DNA of 37,664 bases from Thermoplasmatales archaeon SW_10_69_26 (GTDB lineage Archaea; Thermoplasmatota; SW-10-69-26). The stretch is taken from positions 1-37,664 of the forward strand of contig PXUB01000026.1 in the NCBI GenBank assembly GCA_003009755.1, given 5' to 3'. This document shows, one piece after another, positions 23,851 through 33,596 of this stretch (the first letter of the stretch is position 1; every line of letters begins with the position of its first letter). Below the pieces are notes generated by a model. The model was not told the DNA's origin. It did not search any database and saw nothing but the letters and a program-made list of their open reading frames with translations. The translations under genes and the position numbers were made by a program.

Positions 23851-26292
23851 GTGGATCGATCGACCCACCAGACCCTCGCCGCCGTGCTCGCCGCCGTCGC
23901 CATCCTCGGCGGTATCGCGAGCGCGATCGTCCCCGGGGACCTCGCGGCCAGCCTCGTCGCCGCCGGCGCCTTCGCGGCCCTGACGGCGGGCCTGCACGTC
24001 GTCCGCCCCCGCATCGACACCGAGCGCGCCCAGGCCTCCAGCACCGGCGCGAACCTGCTCGGCATCGCGACCGCCGCCGCGATCGGCCTGCTCGGCTTGC
24101 TGCTCGTCGCCGCCGCGGCCGCGCGCTTCGGGCGCGTGCGATACCTAGGCAACGTGCCCCTGCTGCTGTCCGAGAACTTCACGCTCGTCACCGGGCCGCT
24201 GACGGTGCTGTTGGCCCTGACGGTGGCGATGGCCAGCCGCGACGAGCTGGCGCTGGCCGAGGCCCCCACGCCCGACCGGCGCTGGCTGACGGCCACGCTG
24301 CTCGTGCTGGGCCTGCTGGCGACGGTCGTGATCGCCATCCCGGCCGCGCCCGGCGAGGCCTGGCAGGCGCCCTACGTGCTGGGTCTGGCCGCCTGCGTGG
24401 GCTGGCTGGACGCCGTGCACCTGGCCGGACTCCCCCGGCCCACCCAGGTCACCTCGTGGCTGGAGCGCGGCGACTCCCGGCACAGCCGCCTGATCGTCGA
24501 GGGCCTGGCTCGGGCCGGCAACGGTGCCGTCCTGCTGGCCGGGCTGGGCGCCACGGTGTTCCTCGTCCTCGGCTACCCCACCTACGGCGTGCTCACGCTC
24601 CTCGCCGCCTCCGTCCTGCTCGTCCTCACCACGCACAGCGCCGTCACGCTCACGAAGGCGGTCCCGGCGGCGCTCAGCGACGACCTGGCCGACGCCGAAC
24701 GCAACAAGGGTCGGCTGCGCGTGCTGTCGATCGGCACGATCGCCGCGATCGTGATCGGCGGCCTGCTCACGATCGCGGGCCTGATCTCGGTCACGACCGG
24801 CGGCTCGCTGGCGGAGACGCTGGAGCTTTTGCGCCCGATCCTGGGGGTTGGCATCGCGGCCCTGGCCGGCGTGAACTTGGCCCGCGCCAACCTCCCCAGC
24901 TTCGAGGAGCACGGCCCCGCCCGTCGGGCCGTCTCCGCCACGGCGTTGTCCATGCTCGCGGTCAGCGCGTTCTTCTCGCTGCTGCTCGAGCTGGGCATCA
25001 TGTCGGGCCCGATCACGGAAGCCCACCTGGGCCTGGTGTTCCTGTACGCCGGCCTGCTCAGCGCGGCCGTGTTCGTGCACGCCCGCGGGCTGCTGCCCGT
25101 GCCGGGCCTGGCCCTCCAGGAGGCCGACGAGCAGCACGAGACGCGCACCGAGCACGGTGACGAGCTGCAACGCCGCGTCGTCATCCTGTACGCGACCGCC
25201 GGCTTGTTCCTGGCGGGCTCGATCGGGCTCGTCGGCGCGCTCGCGACCGGGCACCTCGACGGCTTGGTCCCCGAGTCCTCGGAGGGCCGCAACGCCGCGT
25301 TCCTGGCCCTGGTCGCCGTCGGCGTGCTCATCACGCTCGGTCTGCTCATCGCGTTCATGTACTCCCGGCGGCTGGAGACGCCGCCCGAGGAGCAGATCGA
25401 CTTCGAGAAGAGCTACACGCGCGAGGAGGTCGTCCGCCTCACGGTGCTGGGCGTCTCCGGCACGCTGGCCTTCGTGCTCGGGTTCCTCGGCATCATGGTG
25501 TACGCCGGCCAGCTCGAGTCGATCGGCAGCCTCACGCTCGAGAAGCGCTACGCCACGGACTTCTTCGTGGCCGCGATCCTCATCGGGATCGGTCCGGCCG
25601 GGTACATCCGCAACCGCGAGAACAAGCGCATCAAGGCGATCGACCAGCGCCTGCCGGAGTTCCTGCGGGACCTGGCCGAGAGCCAGCGCACCGGCATGAC
25701 GCTCACGCAGGCCGTCATCACGGCCAGCGAAGGGAACTACGGGGCGCTCACGCCCGAGATCGAGAAGATGGCCGCCCAGATCGAGTGGGGGGTCAGCTTC
25801 GAGGACGCGTTGCAGAGCTTCGCCCAGCGCGTCGACACGCCGCTCGTGCAGCGCACCGTGAGCCTCGTCATCGAGGCGTCGACCGCCGGTGGCAACGTCA
25901 AGGACGTGCTCGAGGCGGCCGCCGAGGACGCCCGCGAGATCCAGATGATCCACAGCGAGCGCCGCAGCGGCATGCAGATCTACGTGATGATCATCTACAT
26001 CGCGTTCGCCGTGTTCCTCGGCGTCATCGGCGTGTTGAACGTGAAGTTCATGCCTGAGGTCGCCAAGGCGGTCGCCGGCGCCGAGGGCGTCTCCGTCGGG
26101 TCGATCACGTTCGAGGAGTTCGACATCCAGACCTTCCAGACGCTGTTCTTCCACGCCGCCATCATCCAGGGCCTGGGCGGCGGGTTCGTGGCGGGATCGA
26201 TGCAGGACGGCAAGCCCGTGGCCGGGCTCAAGCACGCCTTCGCGATGACGATGATCGCCTACGTCACGTTCCGGCTGTTCCTCGGAGGGTGA
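23851..26292 (+). CDS. Second T2SSF (PilC-like) protein with a very large N-terminal multi-TM extension (813 aa)
   Basis: C-terminal IDQRLPEFLRDLAESQRTGMTL...YGALTPEI...WGVSFEDAL...GGNVKDVL...GLKH; the first ~520 aa are mostly hydrophobic helices. Confidence 0.88.
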   Translation: MDRSTHQTLAAVLAAVAILGGIASAIVPGDLAASLVAAGAFAALTAGLHVVRPRIDTERAQASSTGANLLGIATAAAIGLLGLLLVAAAAARFGRVRYLGNVPLLLSENFTLVTGPLTVLLALTVAMASRDELALAEAPTPDRRWLTATLLVLGLLATVVIAIPAAPGEAWQAPYVLGLAACVGWLDAVHLAGLPRPTQVTSWLERGDSRHSRLIVEGLARAGNGAVLLAGLGATVFLVLGYPTYGVLTLLAASVLLVLTTHSAVTLTKAVPAALSDDLADAERNKGRLRVLSIGTIAAIVIGGLLTIAGLISVTTGGSLAETLELLRPILGVGIAALAGVNLARANLPSFEEHGPARRAVSATALSMLAVSAFFSLLLELGIMSGPITEAHLGLVFLYAGLLSAAVFVHARGLLPVPGLALQEADEQHETRTEHGDELQRRVVILYATAGLFLAGSIGLVGALATGHLDGLVPESSEGRNAAFLALVAVGVLITLGLLIAFMYSRRLETPPEEQIDFEKSYTREEVVRLTVLGVSGTLAFVLGFLGIMVYAGQLESIGSLTLEKRYATDFFVAAILIGIGPAGYIRNRENKRIKAIDQRLPEFLRDLAESQRTGMTLTQAVITASEGNYGALTPEIEKMAAQIEWGVSFEDALQSFAQRVDTPLVQRTVSLVIEASTAGGNVKDVLEAAAEDAREIQMIHSERRSGMQIYVMIIYIAFAVFLGVIGVLNVKFMPEVAKAVAGAEGVSVGSITFEEFDIQTFQTLFFHAAIIQGLGGGFVAGSMQDGKPVAGLKHAFAMTMIAYVTFRLFLGG

Positions 26293-26294
26293 CC

Positions 26295-27788
26295 ATGGGG
26301 AGCAAGTCGACGACCGGCGGCCAAGGGATGCCGGACGGGGCCCAGATGCTGCTGCTGGCCGGGTTCGTCATCTCGGCGACGGCGATCATGGCGATCGGCG
26401 CCTACAGCGCGCTGCAGAGCGGCAGCACGCAGCTCGAGGAGCGCAGCAACCGCCCGCTGGTCGACCTGTTCCTCAACACGCGCAGCCGCGCGGTCAACTT
26501 CTTCGGGATGGTCACGAGCAACGACACGGCGCTCAGCGTCCAGGAGAACCTGGACGGCTACCTCTTCTCGCAGTACCAGACGGCCCGCTCGCTATCGTTG
26601 GAGATGAACGCCTCCCTGGCCGGAGCCGACGCTCAGGCCCCCTTGAACGAGTCGGCCGCCTTCACGAGCGACCTGGACGGCGACGGCACCAGGGAGTACG
26701 TCGACCGTCGGGGGAACCTCTTGTGGAGCCACCGGGGCGGCGAGTGCTTCGGCGGTACCAAGTACGACGGGGACAACGACGGGTTGGTCACGGCCGACGA
26801 CGACGACCGCGTCCTCGGCGCGATCTTCTGGCTGAAGGTCGAGGGCGTGGACGCCGAGCTCCAAGAGTACGTCGTCATCGACGTGCCCGATACCGACGCC
26901 GTCGCGGCCTGCGAGTCGTGGCCCGGTGCCTGGGGCAACGCCAGCACGGACCCGGGCGACTACTCGGTCAGCCTGAACGACGTGGATCAGACCGGTCTGG
27001 GCCCCTACGCGGTGGGGGACGACGGGGACCTCCTCGAGCGTCAGGGAAGCCAGTGGGCCCGGATCGACGACGACGGCCCCTCGGGCAACGGGCACAACCT
27101 CCACGGCGCCGACGCCACCCCCGACGGCGACGAGCTGTGGATCGTGGGAGCCTCCGGCACGGTCGGCGAGTACGACCCGGGAACCGACACCATGAGCGAC
27201 CACACGGGCTTGGGCAACAGCTACACGGACCAGCTGACCGACGTGGCGGTGACCGGTCACAGTGGCGAGGCCAGGGTCTACGCCGCCGACTCCAGTGGTC
27301 ACGTCCAGATCAGCAGCGACGACGGCGGCTCCTGGACCGACGTCACCCCCGGCAGCGGGTCCTCGATCGAGGGGATCGACTTCTACGACACCGAGTCCGG
27401 CGTCGCCGTGGACACCAACCAGGCGGTCTGGGAGACCACCGACGGCGGCAGCACCTGGAACAAGATCGGCATCTCCGACACCTCCGAGAACTTCCACGAC
27501 GTCGACGCGAACGCCGCCTACGACATCTGGGTCGCCGCCTCCGGCGGCAAGGTCTACCACTTCGACGGCGGCTCCTGGACCGAGACGGTCGTCGACGGGA
27601 CGGACAGCCTCAACGCCATCGAGATCGAAGACGGCGCCGGCCACGCGGTGGGCGACCAGGGCGACATCTACCACTACGACGGCTCGTGGACGGAGGAGAA
27701 GACGCAGTCCGAATCGATGAGAGGCACCGAGATCGGCTCGAAGGCATACGCCGTCGGCGACAACGGGACGATCCTGGAAACGGACTAG
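26295..27788 (+). CDS. Pilin-like N-terminus fused to a BNR/WD40-like beta-propeller (putative adhesin)
   Basis: GGAGGGTGA RBS; G/A|QMLLLAGFVISATAIMAIG; repeated AVGDxG, SxDxGxSW/TTDGGSTW and YHxDGxW motifs. Confidence 0.78.
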   Translation: MGSKSTTGGQGMPDGAQMLLLAGFVISATAIMAIGAYSALQSGSTQLEERSNRPLVDLFLNTRSRAVNFFGMVTSNDTALSVQENLDGYLFSQYQTARSLSLEMNASLAGADAQAPLNESAAFTSDLDGDGTREYVDRRGNLLWSHRGGECFGGTKYDGDNDGLVTADDDDRVLGAIFWLKVEGVDAELQEYVVIDVPDTDAVAACESWPGAWGNASTDPGDYSVSLNDVDQTGLGPYAVGDDGDLLERQGSQWARIDDDGPSGNGHNLHGADATPDGDELWIVGASGTVGEYDPGTDTMSDHTGLGNSYTDQLTDVAVTGHSGEARVYAADSSGHVQISSDDGGSWTDVTPGSGSSIEGIDFYDTESGVAVDTNQAVWETTDGGSTWNKIGISDTSENFHDVDANAAYDIWVAASGGKVYHFDGGSWTETVVDGTDSLNAIEIEDGAGHAVGDQGDIYHYDGSWTEEKTQSESMRGTEIGSKAYAVGDNGTILETD

Positions 27789-27946
27789 CCCGCTGGTCAT
27801 GGTTGGCTTAGGCTCTCGCGGGTCTCGGGAGAGCGGGTACGGTCTCCCGGGAGGACGAGCCCGGAGGGCTCGTGCGCACAGTCGGTAGGCTAGATCGGGG
27901 GCGGGCGGCTGCCCGCGCCCCTCTCCCCCCCTGGCGCCTCGGACCA

Positions 27947-27954
27947 TTTATTAA
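27947..27954 (+). promoter_or_regulatory. TATA box for the carS-pyrE-purD operon
   Basis: TTTATTAA about 25 nt upstream of ATG 27979. Confidence 0.7.
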
Positions 27955-27978
27955 CCCCCAGCCGCTGGCTCCGCTCGG

Positions 27979-28551
27979 ATGCTGCACGAGACGGTCGTGC
28001 AGGGGCTCTGGCTGATCCTGCCCGCCTACGCCTCCAACATGCTGGCTACCCTCGTCGGCGGCGGCCCTCCGATCGATGGCGGCCGCTCGTGGTCCGACGG
28101 CCGGCGGATCCTGGGGGGTGGCAAGACCTGGCAGGGCTTGATCTTGGCCCCCCTGTTGGCGATCGCGATCGGAGCCTTGCAGCATGCCTACGCGGCCGAC
28201 GTCGGGTTCGGCGTCACCGACTTCGGCACGAGCCCCGCTTACCTCGTCCATGTCTACGCGTTAGCGCTGGGCGCGTTGCTCGGCGACCTGGGGGCCAGTT
28301 TCCTCAAGCGCCGCCTCGGCAAGGAACGGGGCGAGCGCTGGCTGGGCCCCGACCAGTACGACTTCATCGCCGGCGCGCTCCTGTTGGCCGCCCTGGCCAG
28401 CCTGGCGACGATGGCTTGGACGGGGAGCTGGTGGCTGTTCGAGGCCCTGACCCTGGGCCCGTTCCTCGCCATCCTTATCTTGACCCCGGGCTTGCACCTA
28501 CTCGTGAACGGGATCGGTTACCTCGTCGGCGTCAAGGAGGTCCCCTGGTGA
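27979..28551 (+). CDS. carS: CDP-archaeol synthase
   Basis: LPAYASN, GGGPPIDGGR..DGRRILGGGKTWQG, GDLGASFLKRRLG.ERG, DQYDF, C-terminal K.VPW. Confidence 0.93.
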   Translation: MLHETVVQGLWLILPAYASNMLATLVGGGPPIDGGRSWSDGRRILGGGKTWQGLILAPLLAIAIGALQHAYAADVGFGVTDFGTSPAYLVHVYALALGALLGDLGASFLKRRLGKERGERWLGPDQYDFIAGALLLAALASLATMAWTGSWWLFEALTLGPFLAILILTPGLHLLVNGIGYLVGVKEVPW

Positions 28552-29075
28552 CCCTCGCAGATCTGTTGCACGATGCAGACGCGTTGCGGACCGGCGAGTT
28601 CGAGCTGGCCAGCGGCGAGACGTCCCCGTACTACGTCGACGTCAAGCACGCCTGCTCGAACCCCAGCGTCCTGCGCGCGCTCGCGCAACACGCTCAGGTC
28701 TACGCCGTGGGGCACGATGCGATCGCCGGCACCGCGCTCGGCGGCGTGCCCCTGGCCGTGCAGCTGGGCGTCGAGACGGGGCATCCGATCCTGCTCGTCC
28801 GGGGCGAGGCCAAGGACTACGGGACCGGATCCCGGATCGAGGGACCGGTGGACGACGCCGAGGAGGTGCTGATGGTCGAGGACGTGACCACGACCGGCCA
28901 AAGCCTTCGGGAGGCGGTGGAGGCGGTCCGGGACACGGGGGCCTCGGTGGCCCACGCGGTCACGATCGTCGACCGCGAGGAGGGCGCCCGGGAGCTGTTG
29001 ACGGAGGCCGACGTCGCCCTCCACGCTTTGACGACGCTGTCCGAGCTGACTGATGCAACGGGGGTCGAGCCTTGA
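28548..29075 (+). CDS. pyrE: Orotate phosphoribosyltransferase (175 aa)
   Basis: GEFELASG..SPYYVD, R..AKDYGT...IEG, VEDVTTTGQS PRPP motif, VDREEGA; GTGA overlap with carS. Confidence 0.94.
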   Translation: MTLADLLHDADALRTGEFELASGETSPYYVDVKHACSNPSVLRALAQHAQVYAVGHDAIAGTALGGVPLAVQLGVETGHPILLVRGEAKDYGTGSRIEGPVDDAEEVLMVEDVTTTGQSLREAVEAVRDTGASVAHAVTIVDREEGARELLTEADVALHALTTLSELTDATGVEP

Positions 29076-30418
29076 CGGAGCAAGACGTACTCTTGGTCGG
29101 TGGTGGAGCCCGGGAACACGCGATGGCGAAGGCGCTCGTCGACGGTGGCGCCCGCGTGTACTCGGTGATGAGCAACGAGAACCCTGGCGTCGCGGAGCTG
29201 GCCGACGACTACGCGATCGGCCAGGAGAAGCACGTCGCCGGGATCGTGGACAAGGCCCGCCAGTGGGGCTGCACGCACGCGCTCTCCGGCCCCGAGGGCC
29301 CGATCGCAGCCGGCGTGACGGACGCGCTCGCCGACGCCGGCGTCACGGTCGTCTCGCCCAGCCAGCAGGCGGGCCGCATCGAGACCGACAAGGCCTGGAT
29401 GCGGGACCTGATGGAGCGCCACGGCATCCCGGGCCGGGTCCGCAACCGTCACTTCGCGAACCAGCAGGGCCTGCGCGAGTACGTCGAGGAGCTGGGCGAG
29501 GTCGCCGTCAAACCGGTCGGCCTCACCGGCGGCAAGGGCGTCAAGGTCACCGGGGACCATCTGGCCGGGACCGAGGAGGCGCTCGAGTACGCCAACGACG
29601 TGTTCACGAGCGGCCTCGGCGGTGGCCAGGTCGTCATCGAGGAGAAGCTCGAGGGCGAGGAGTTCACCGTCCAGTGCTTCACCGACGGCGACACCGTCGT
29701 CCCGACGCCGCCGATCCAGGACCACAAGCGCGCCTTCGAGGGCGACGAGGGCCCCAACACCGGCGGCATGGGCGCCTACTCGGGATCGGAGGGCCTGCCG
29801 TTCCTCTCCCGCGTCGACTACGAGGCCGCCGTCGACATCGTGCGCGACATCGTGCACGCCCTGCGCGACGAGGATCGCCCCTACGTCGGCCCGATCTACG
29901 GCCAGTTCATGCTGACCGCCGACGGTCCCCGCGTCGTCGAGGTCAACGCCCGCTTTGGCGACCCCGAGGCGATGAACACGCTGGGGATCCTCGAGACACC
30001 GTTCACCGACGTCGTCGACGCGATGGCCGAGGGCACCCTCGACGAGCTCGAGGTCACCTTCGAGCCGACGGCGACCGTCTGCAAGTACGTCGTGCCCGAG
30101 GGCTACGGCTCGGACCCGACGCCGGACACCACGGTCGAGATCGACCGCGAGGCGATCGCCGAGACCGGCGCCGAGCTGTTCTACGCCAGCTGCGAGCCGA
30201 CCGAGGGTGGCGTCGTCACCACGACCAGCCGCACGCTGGCGCTCGTCGGCATCGCCGACACGATCGAGGACGCCAACGAGCAGGCCGAGCAGGCGCTCTC
30301 GCACGTCAAGGGTGAGGCGATCGACGCCCGCCACGACATCGGGACCGAGAAGCTCGTCCAACGACGCGTCGAGCACATGCGCGAGCTCGGTCGGCCGAGG
30401 AACCCGGAGTCGGTCTGA
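29072..30418 (+). CDS. purD: Phosphoribosylamine--glycine ligase
   Basis: LVGGGAREHA, NPG, GPEGP, GLTGGKGV, QDHKRAFEGDEGPNTGGMG, EVNARFGDPE. Confidence 0.96.
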   Translation: MTEQDVLLVGGGAREHAMAKALVDGGARVYSVMSNENPGVAELADDYAIGQEKHVAGIVDKARQWGCTHALSGPEGPIAAGVTDALADAGVTVVSPSQQAGRIETDKAWMRDLMERHGIPGRVRNRHFANQQGLREYVEELGEVAVKPVGLTGGKGVKVTGDHLAGTEEALEYANDVFTSGLGGGQVVIEEKLEGEEFTVQCFTDGDTVVPTPPIQDHKRAFEGDEGPNTGGMGAYSGSEGLPFLSRVDYEAAVDIVRDIVHALRDEDRPYVGPIYGQFMLTADGPRVVEVNARFGDPEAMNTLGILETPFTDVVDAMAEGTLDELEVTFEPTATVCKYVVPEGYGSDPTPDTTVEIDREAIAETGAELFYASCEPTEGGVVTTTSRTLALVGIADTIEDANEQAEQALSHVKGEAIDARHDIGTEKLVQRRVEHMRELGRPRNPESV

Positions 30419-30494
30419 CGGGTCCCGAAGGGTTGATCGCGTCCCCCAGCGTCTCTAACGGTACGACGGCAGTCCGGGGGACGGAGGTCGAGGG

Positions 30495-30614
30495 ATGACC
30501 GACTCGGCGGGGGACACCCAGGCGCTTGCCCGCCGGTCCCCCACAGGGGTGGCGTTGGCGACCGCCGCCACGCTCGGCCTGTACGCGATCTTCGGGGTCC
30601 GCCGGACGAGCTAG
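30495..30614 (+). CDS. Possible 39-aa membrane peptide (not in the ORF track)
   Basis: GGAGGT 6 nt before the ATG; MTDSAGDTQALARRSPTGVALATAATLGLYAIFGVRRTS has one hydrophobic helix followed by RR. Confidence 0.35.
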   Translation: MTDSAGDTQALARRSPTGVALATAATLGLYAIFGVRRTS

Positions 30615-30843
30615 GCCGTGGCCGCCATCGACCCCGAGCGGGACCAGGCGCGCCAGGACGCACGTCGGGGGCTGCGAGCCGCCGCCGGGGCGACGACGCG
30701 GTGCACCCCGGCGTGATGATGGGGGTCTGTTCCTCGGCCTCCCCAGAGGGCGTCGACCAACGGGCCGGTGGAGCGGAGGACCCTGAAGCCTCGAACGCGA
30801 ACCCTGAAACGCGCACGCCGGGCTACCCGGCCCGGGTTCGCCG

Positions 30844-31686
30844 GTGATCGACCGCATCCTCGTCGGCACGGACGGCAGCGAGCTGGCCGACCAGGCCACG
30901 CGGGCAGCCTTGCGGTTGGCCGAGGCCTGCCAGGCCGAGGTGCGGTTCCTGCACGCGATCGAGCAGCTGTCGATGCTGGGCCCAGCCCCGGAGATGGAGC
31001 CGCGGTTGGCGCGGGCCCGCGAGGACGCCGGAGAGGAGATCCTCGCGGAGAACCTGCGGTGGGCTCGCGAGCGCGAGGTCCCCGCCGACACGGTGCTGCG
31101 CGACGGGTCGGCCGGCGCGTTGCTGCTCCAGGAGGCCGAGGACTGGCAGGCCGATCTGGTGGCGGCCGGCTCGCGGGGACGCTCGGGCTTGGAACGAGCC
31201 GTGCTGGGCAGCGTGGCGGACGCGCTCGTGCGCAAGTCGCCGGTGCCCGTGTTGACCGTGCGGGAGTCGCCGTTCGTCACGAGCGGCTCGATCGAGCGCA
31301 TCCTGTTGCCCTCCGACGGCAGCGAGCTGTCGCTGACGGCGGCCCCCTTGGCCCTGGAGCTTGCGCGCCAGACGGGCGCCCAGCTGGACCTGTTGCACGC
31401 GATCGAGGACGCCTCCCCAGGCGAGAACGGGGACGGGACCCAACGAGCCTTGGACCCGCTGGTCGAGCGCTGCCGGGAGGCCGAGGTCGCCTTCGAGCGG
31501 TTCGCCGTCGACGAGGGTCCCCACCGCGCGATCGTCGACCACGCCGACGACCGCGAGGTGGACCTGGTCGTCATGGCCACCCACGGCCGAGGCGGGCTCG
31601 AGCGGTTCCTCGTCGGCAGCATCACGGACAAGATCGTCCGCACGGTGGGCCCGCCGTTGATCAGCGTGCGGCCCCACGAGGTCTGA
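30844..31686 (+). CDS. Universal stress protein with two USP domains
   Basis: RILVGTDGS...GSRGRSGLERAVLGSVAD..VRKSPVPVLTV, then RILLPSDGS...DLVVMATHGRGGLERFLVGSITD. Confidence 0.94.
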   Translation: MIDRILVGTDGSELADQATRAALRLAEACQAEVRFLHAIEQLSMLGPAPEMEPRLARAREDAGEEILAENLRWAREREVPADTVLRDGSAGALLLQEAEDWQADLVAAGSRGRSGLERAVLGSVADALVRKSPVPVLTVRESPFVTSGSIERILLPSDGSELSLTAAPLALELARQTGAQLDLLHAIEDASPGENGDGTQRALDPLVERCREAEVAFERFAVDEGPHRAIVDHADDREVDLVVMATHGRGGLERFLVGSITDKIVRTVGPPLISVRPHEV

Positions 31687-31891
31687 GCCCCGATCTTGGG
31701 CGCTACGCGTTCGCCGAGCTCGACGGGAGCCCAACGCTCGTCGTGCCCCCACGATGGCGGGCCCGCGAGACGAGAGCACGCGGAGATAGGGCTATGCTCT
31801 CACCATGGCCGGCGGCGCCCGGTCGAGGAACCGAACCGTGCCGTGCAAGCCCAGCGAGGCCACCGCGAGGGCCAAGCCAGACCCGGGAACC

Positions 31892-32473
31892 TCACGGGCG
31901 CGTCGACCGGCGGGCCTCGAGCGCGGTGTGCTGGTCGAAGACGTCGTGCTCGACGACCTCGGCGAACCCGGCCTCCCGCAGCTCGTCGGCGATCTGCTGG
32001 GCCGAGAGCCGGTGATCGACCGGCGGGCCCTCGTCGGTGTCGATCGGGGCCCAGTCGACGACGAGCATGTGGCCGCCCTGCTCGAGGACGCGGAGGACCT
32101 CGGCCAGCATCGTTCCACGGTCGTCGACCTCGTGGTGGAGGTTCACGGACAGGACGCGGGCGAAGGAGGCCCGTCGGAACGGGAGCTGGGTGGCCGAGCC
32201 CTGCACGGTGTGGATCGCCCGAGGCGAGCCCCGGGCGCGCTGGCGCAGATCGGCGAGCATGCGCTGGCTGTGGTCGAGCGCGACGACGGTCCCGGGCTCG
32301 AGGCTCTCGGCCAGGGGTCGGGCCAGGTAGCCGGTGCCGGCGCCCAGGTCCAGGCACTGCATGCCCGGCTGGGGGGCAAGCAGGTCGACGACGGTCTCGG
32401 GCGGCAGGCGCCGGGCACGGTCGTCGGCCTCGAGCTTGGCGCGGTCCTCGGGTCCCAGCCGGTGCTCGTCCAC
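31892..32473 (-). CDS. Class I SAM-dependent methyltransferase (193 aa); in frame with the upstream channel gene
   Basis: CLDLGAGTG motif I, VALDHSQRML, LPF...F, HEV, LRVLEQGG, VVDW...GPP. Own GTG at 32473. Confidence 0.88.
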   Translation of the reverse strand: MDEHRLGPEDRAKLEADDRARRLPPETVVDLLAPQPGMQCLDLGAGTGYLARPLAESLEPGTVVALDHSQRMLADLRQRARGSPRAIHTVQGSATQLPFRRASFARVLSVNLHHEVDDRGTMLAEVLRVLEQGGHMLVVDWAPIDTDEGPPVDHRLSAQQIADELREAGFAEVVEHDVFDQHTALEARRSTRP

Positions 32474-32546
32474 GAACGGGGACCGCGGTCCACGCCTTCG
32501 CCTTTTCGGGCTCGCGGGGCACGGCGAGACCGCGGCGAGGGCGACC

Positions 32547-33394
32547 TCACTCGTGCGGCAGGCCCCACCGTCGTCGTCCTCGTCCTCGCGGGCTTCCTGG
32601 AAGGCCTCGGTGAACCCGGCACCGAGGACACCGGCCGGGAGGGCGAACATCGCGACGCCGAGCAGCGCGGCAAGGCCGGCGATCAGACGGCCGCCTTGCG
32701 TGGCGGGCGTGATGTCGCCGTAGCCGACGGTGGACATCGTGATCAGGCCCCAGAACATCGTCTGCGGGATGCTGGAGAAGGCCTCGGGCTGAACGTCGCC
32801 CTCGACGACGTACATCGCGCTGGAGACGCCGAGCAAGAGCACGACATCGATGATGAGCACGGCGCCCAGCTCGCCTCGGCGAGCGTGCAGGACGCGACCC
32901 AGCGTGCGCAGGGCCGTCGAGTAGCGGGCGAGCTTGAGCACGAGCAACAGCAAGAACAGCTGCACGATCGAGGAGAACTCGGCGCTGCCGAGCGTGAGGA
33001 TCTGCGCCAGCAGCGCCAGGTAGAACGGGAGCAGGGCGAGCGCGTCGACGAGCGCCAGGGGCGTGGTCGCGTAGCGCAGTCGGCCCTCGATCGGGCCCTC
33101 GAACTCCTCCTCGCACGTGCACGCCCACAGGCGGAGCGCGTACTCGGCGGTGAAGCCGAGGACGGCGAGCACGAGCACCGTGTCCAGCAGCCAGCCGATG
33201 CTGGCCGCGACGGCGTCGACCGTACCCAGCAGGACCGAGGCGAGCGTGAGCACGATCGCGGCGACGATCGCCACGTCCACGCCGCGGCTCGCCCGGTCGT
33301 GCCCCTGGCCGGCAGACAGGAGATCGAAGACGCGAGCCCGGCCCGTCCGCTGGTGCGGTGGGCGGTGAGCCAGGTCGGGCGCCTCCGTGAACAC
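32547..33394 (-). CDS. 6-TM potassium channel (ion transporter, Kv-like); as given it reads through into the methyltransferase
   Basis: FTAEYALRLW, VDALALLPFY, FSSIPQTMFWGLITMSTVGYGDITP (K+ filter), FALPAGVLG. The end is placed at the out-of-frame TGA at 32547 (see findings). Confidence 0.85.
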
Positions 33395-33596
33395 GGGCTC
33401 TCCGGGACGGGCGCGGGGGGTGATGAAGCTTGGTGGTAGTGGGAACGGTCCCCTCCGGTTGTCAGCCTGAGCTCGGCAAGGGTCGAGCTTGACGGTGGAG
33501 GCACAAGGGAAGGGCCGAGGCGAGCACCGTCGGGAACACGAGAAGAACGCTCCGCAGCGGGGGACGCCCGCCACGGAGCTCGTCGCCGGGAGGCCC

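Noticed and set aside
18511-27788. Operon as an archaellum (fla/arl) cluster
   Set aside because: No archaellin, FlaH, FlaF/G or chemotaxis genes; two split PilC-like genes and minor pilins fit an adhesion-type pilus.
27789-27940. Hairpins between the pilus operon and carS as a novel RNA
   Set aside because: Short GC hairpins consistent with an ordinary terminator or spacer; nothing repeated or covarying.
30713-30790. GTGATGA...CTGA as a C/D box sRNA, or a fluoride riboswitch before the USP gene
   Set aside because: No internal D'/C' boxes, the spacing is long for an archaeal C/D guide, and the fluoride riboswitch P1 pairing cannot form.
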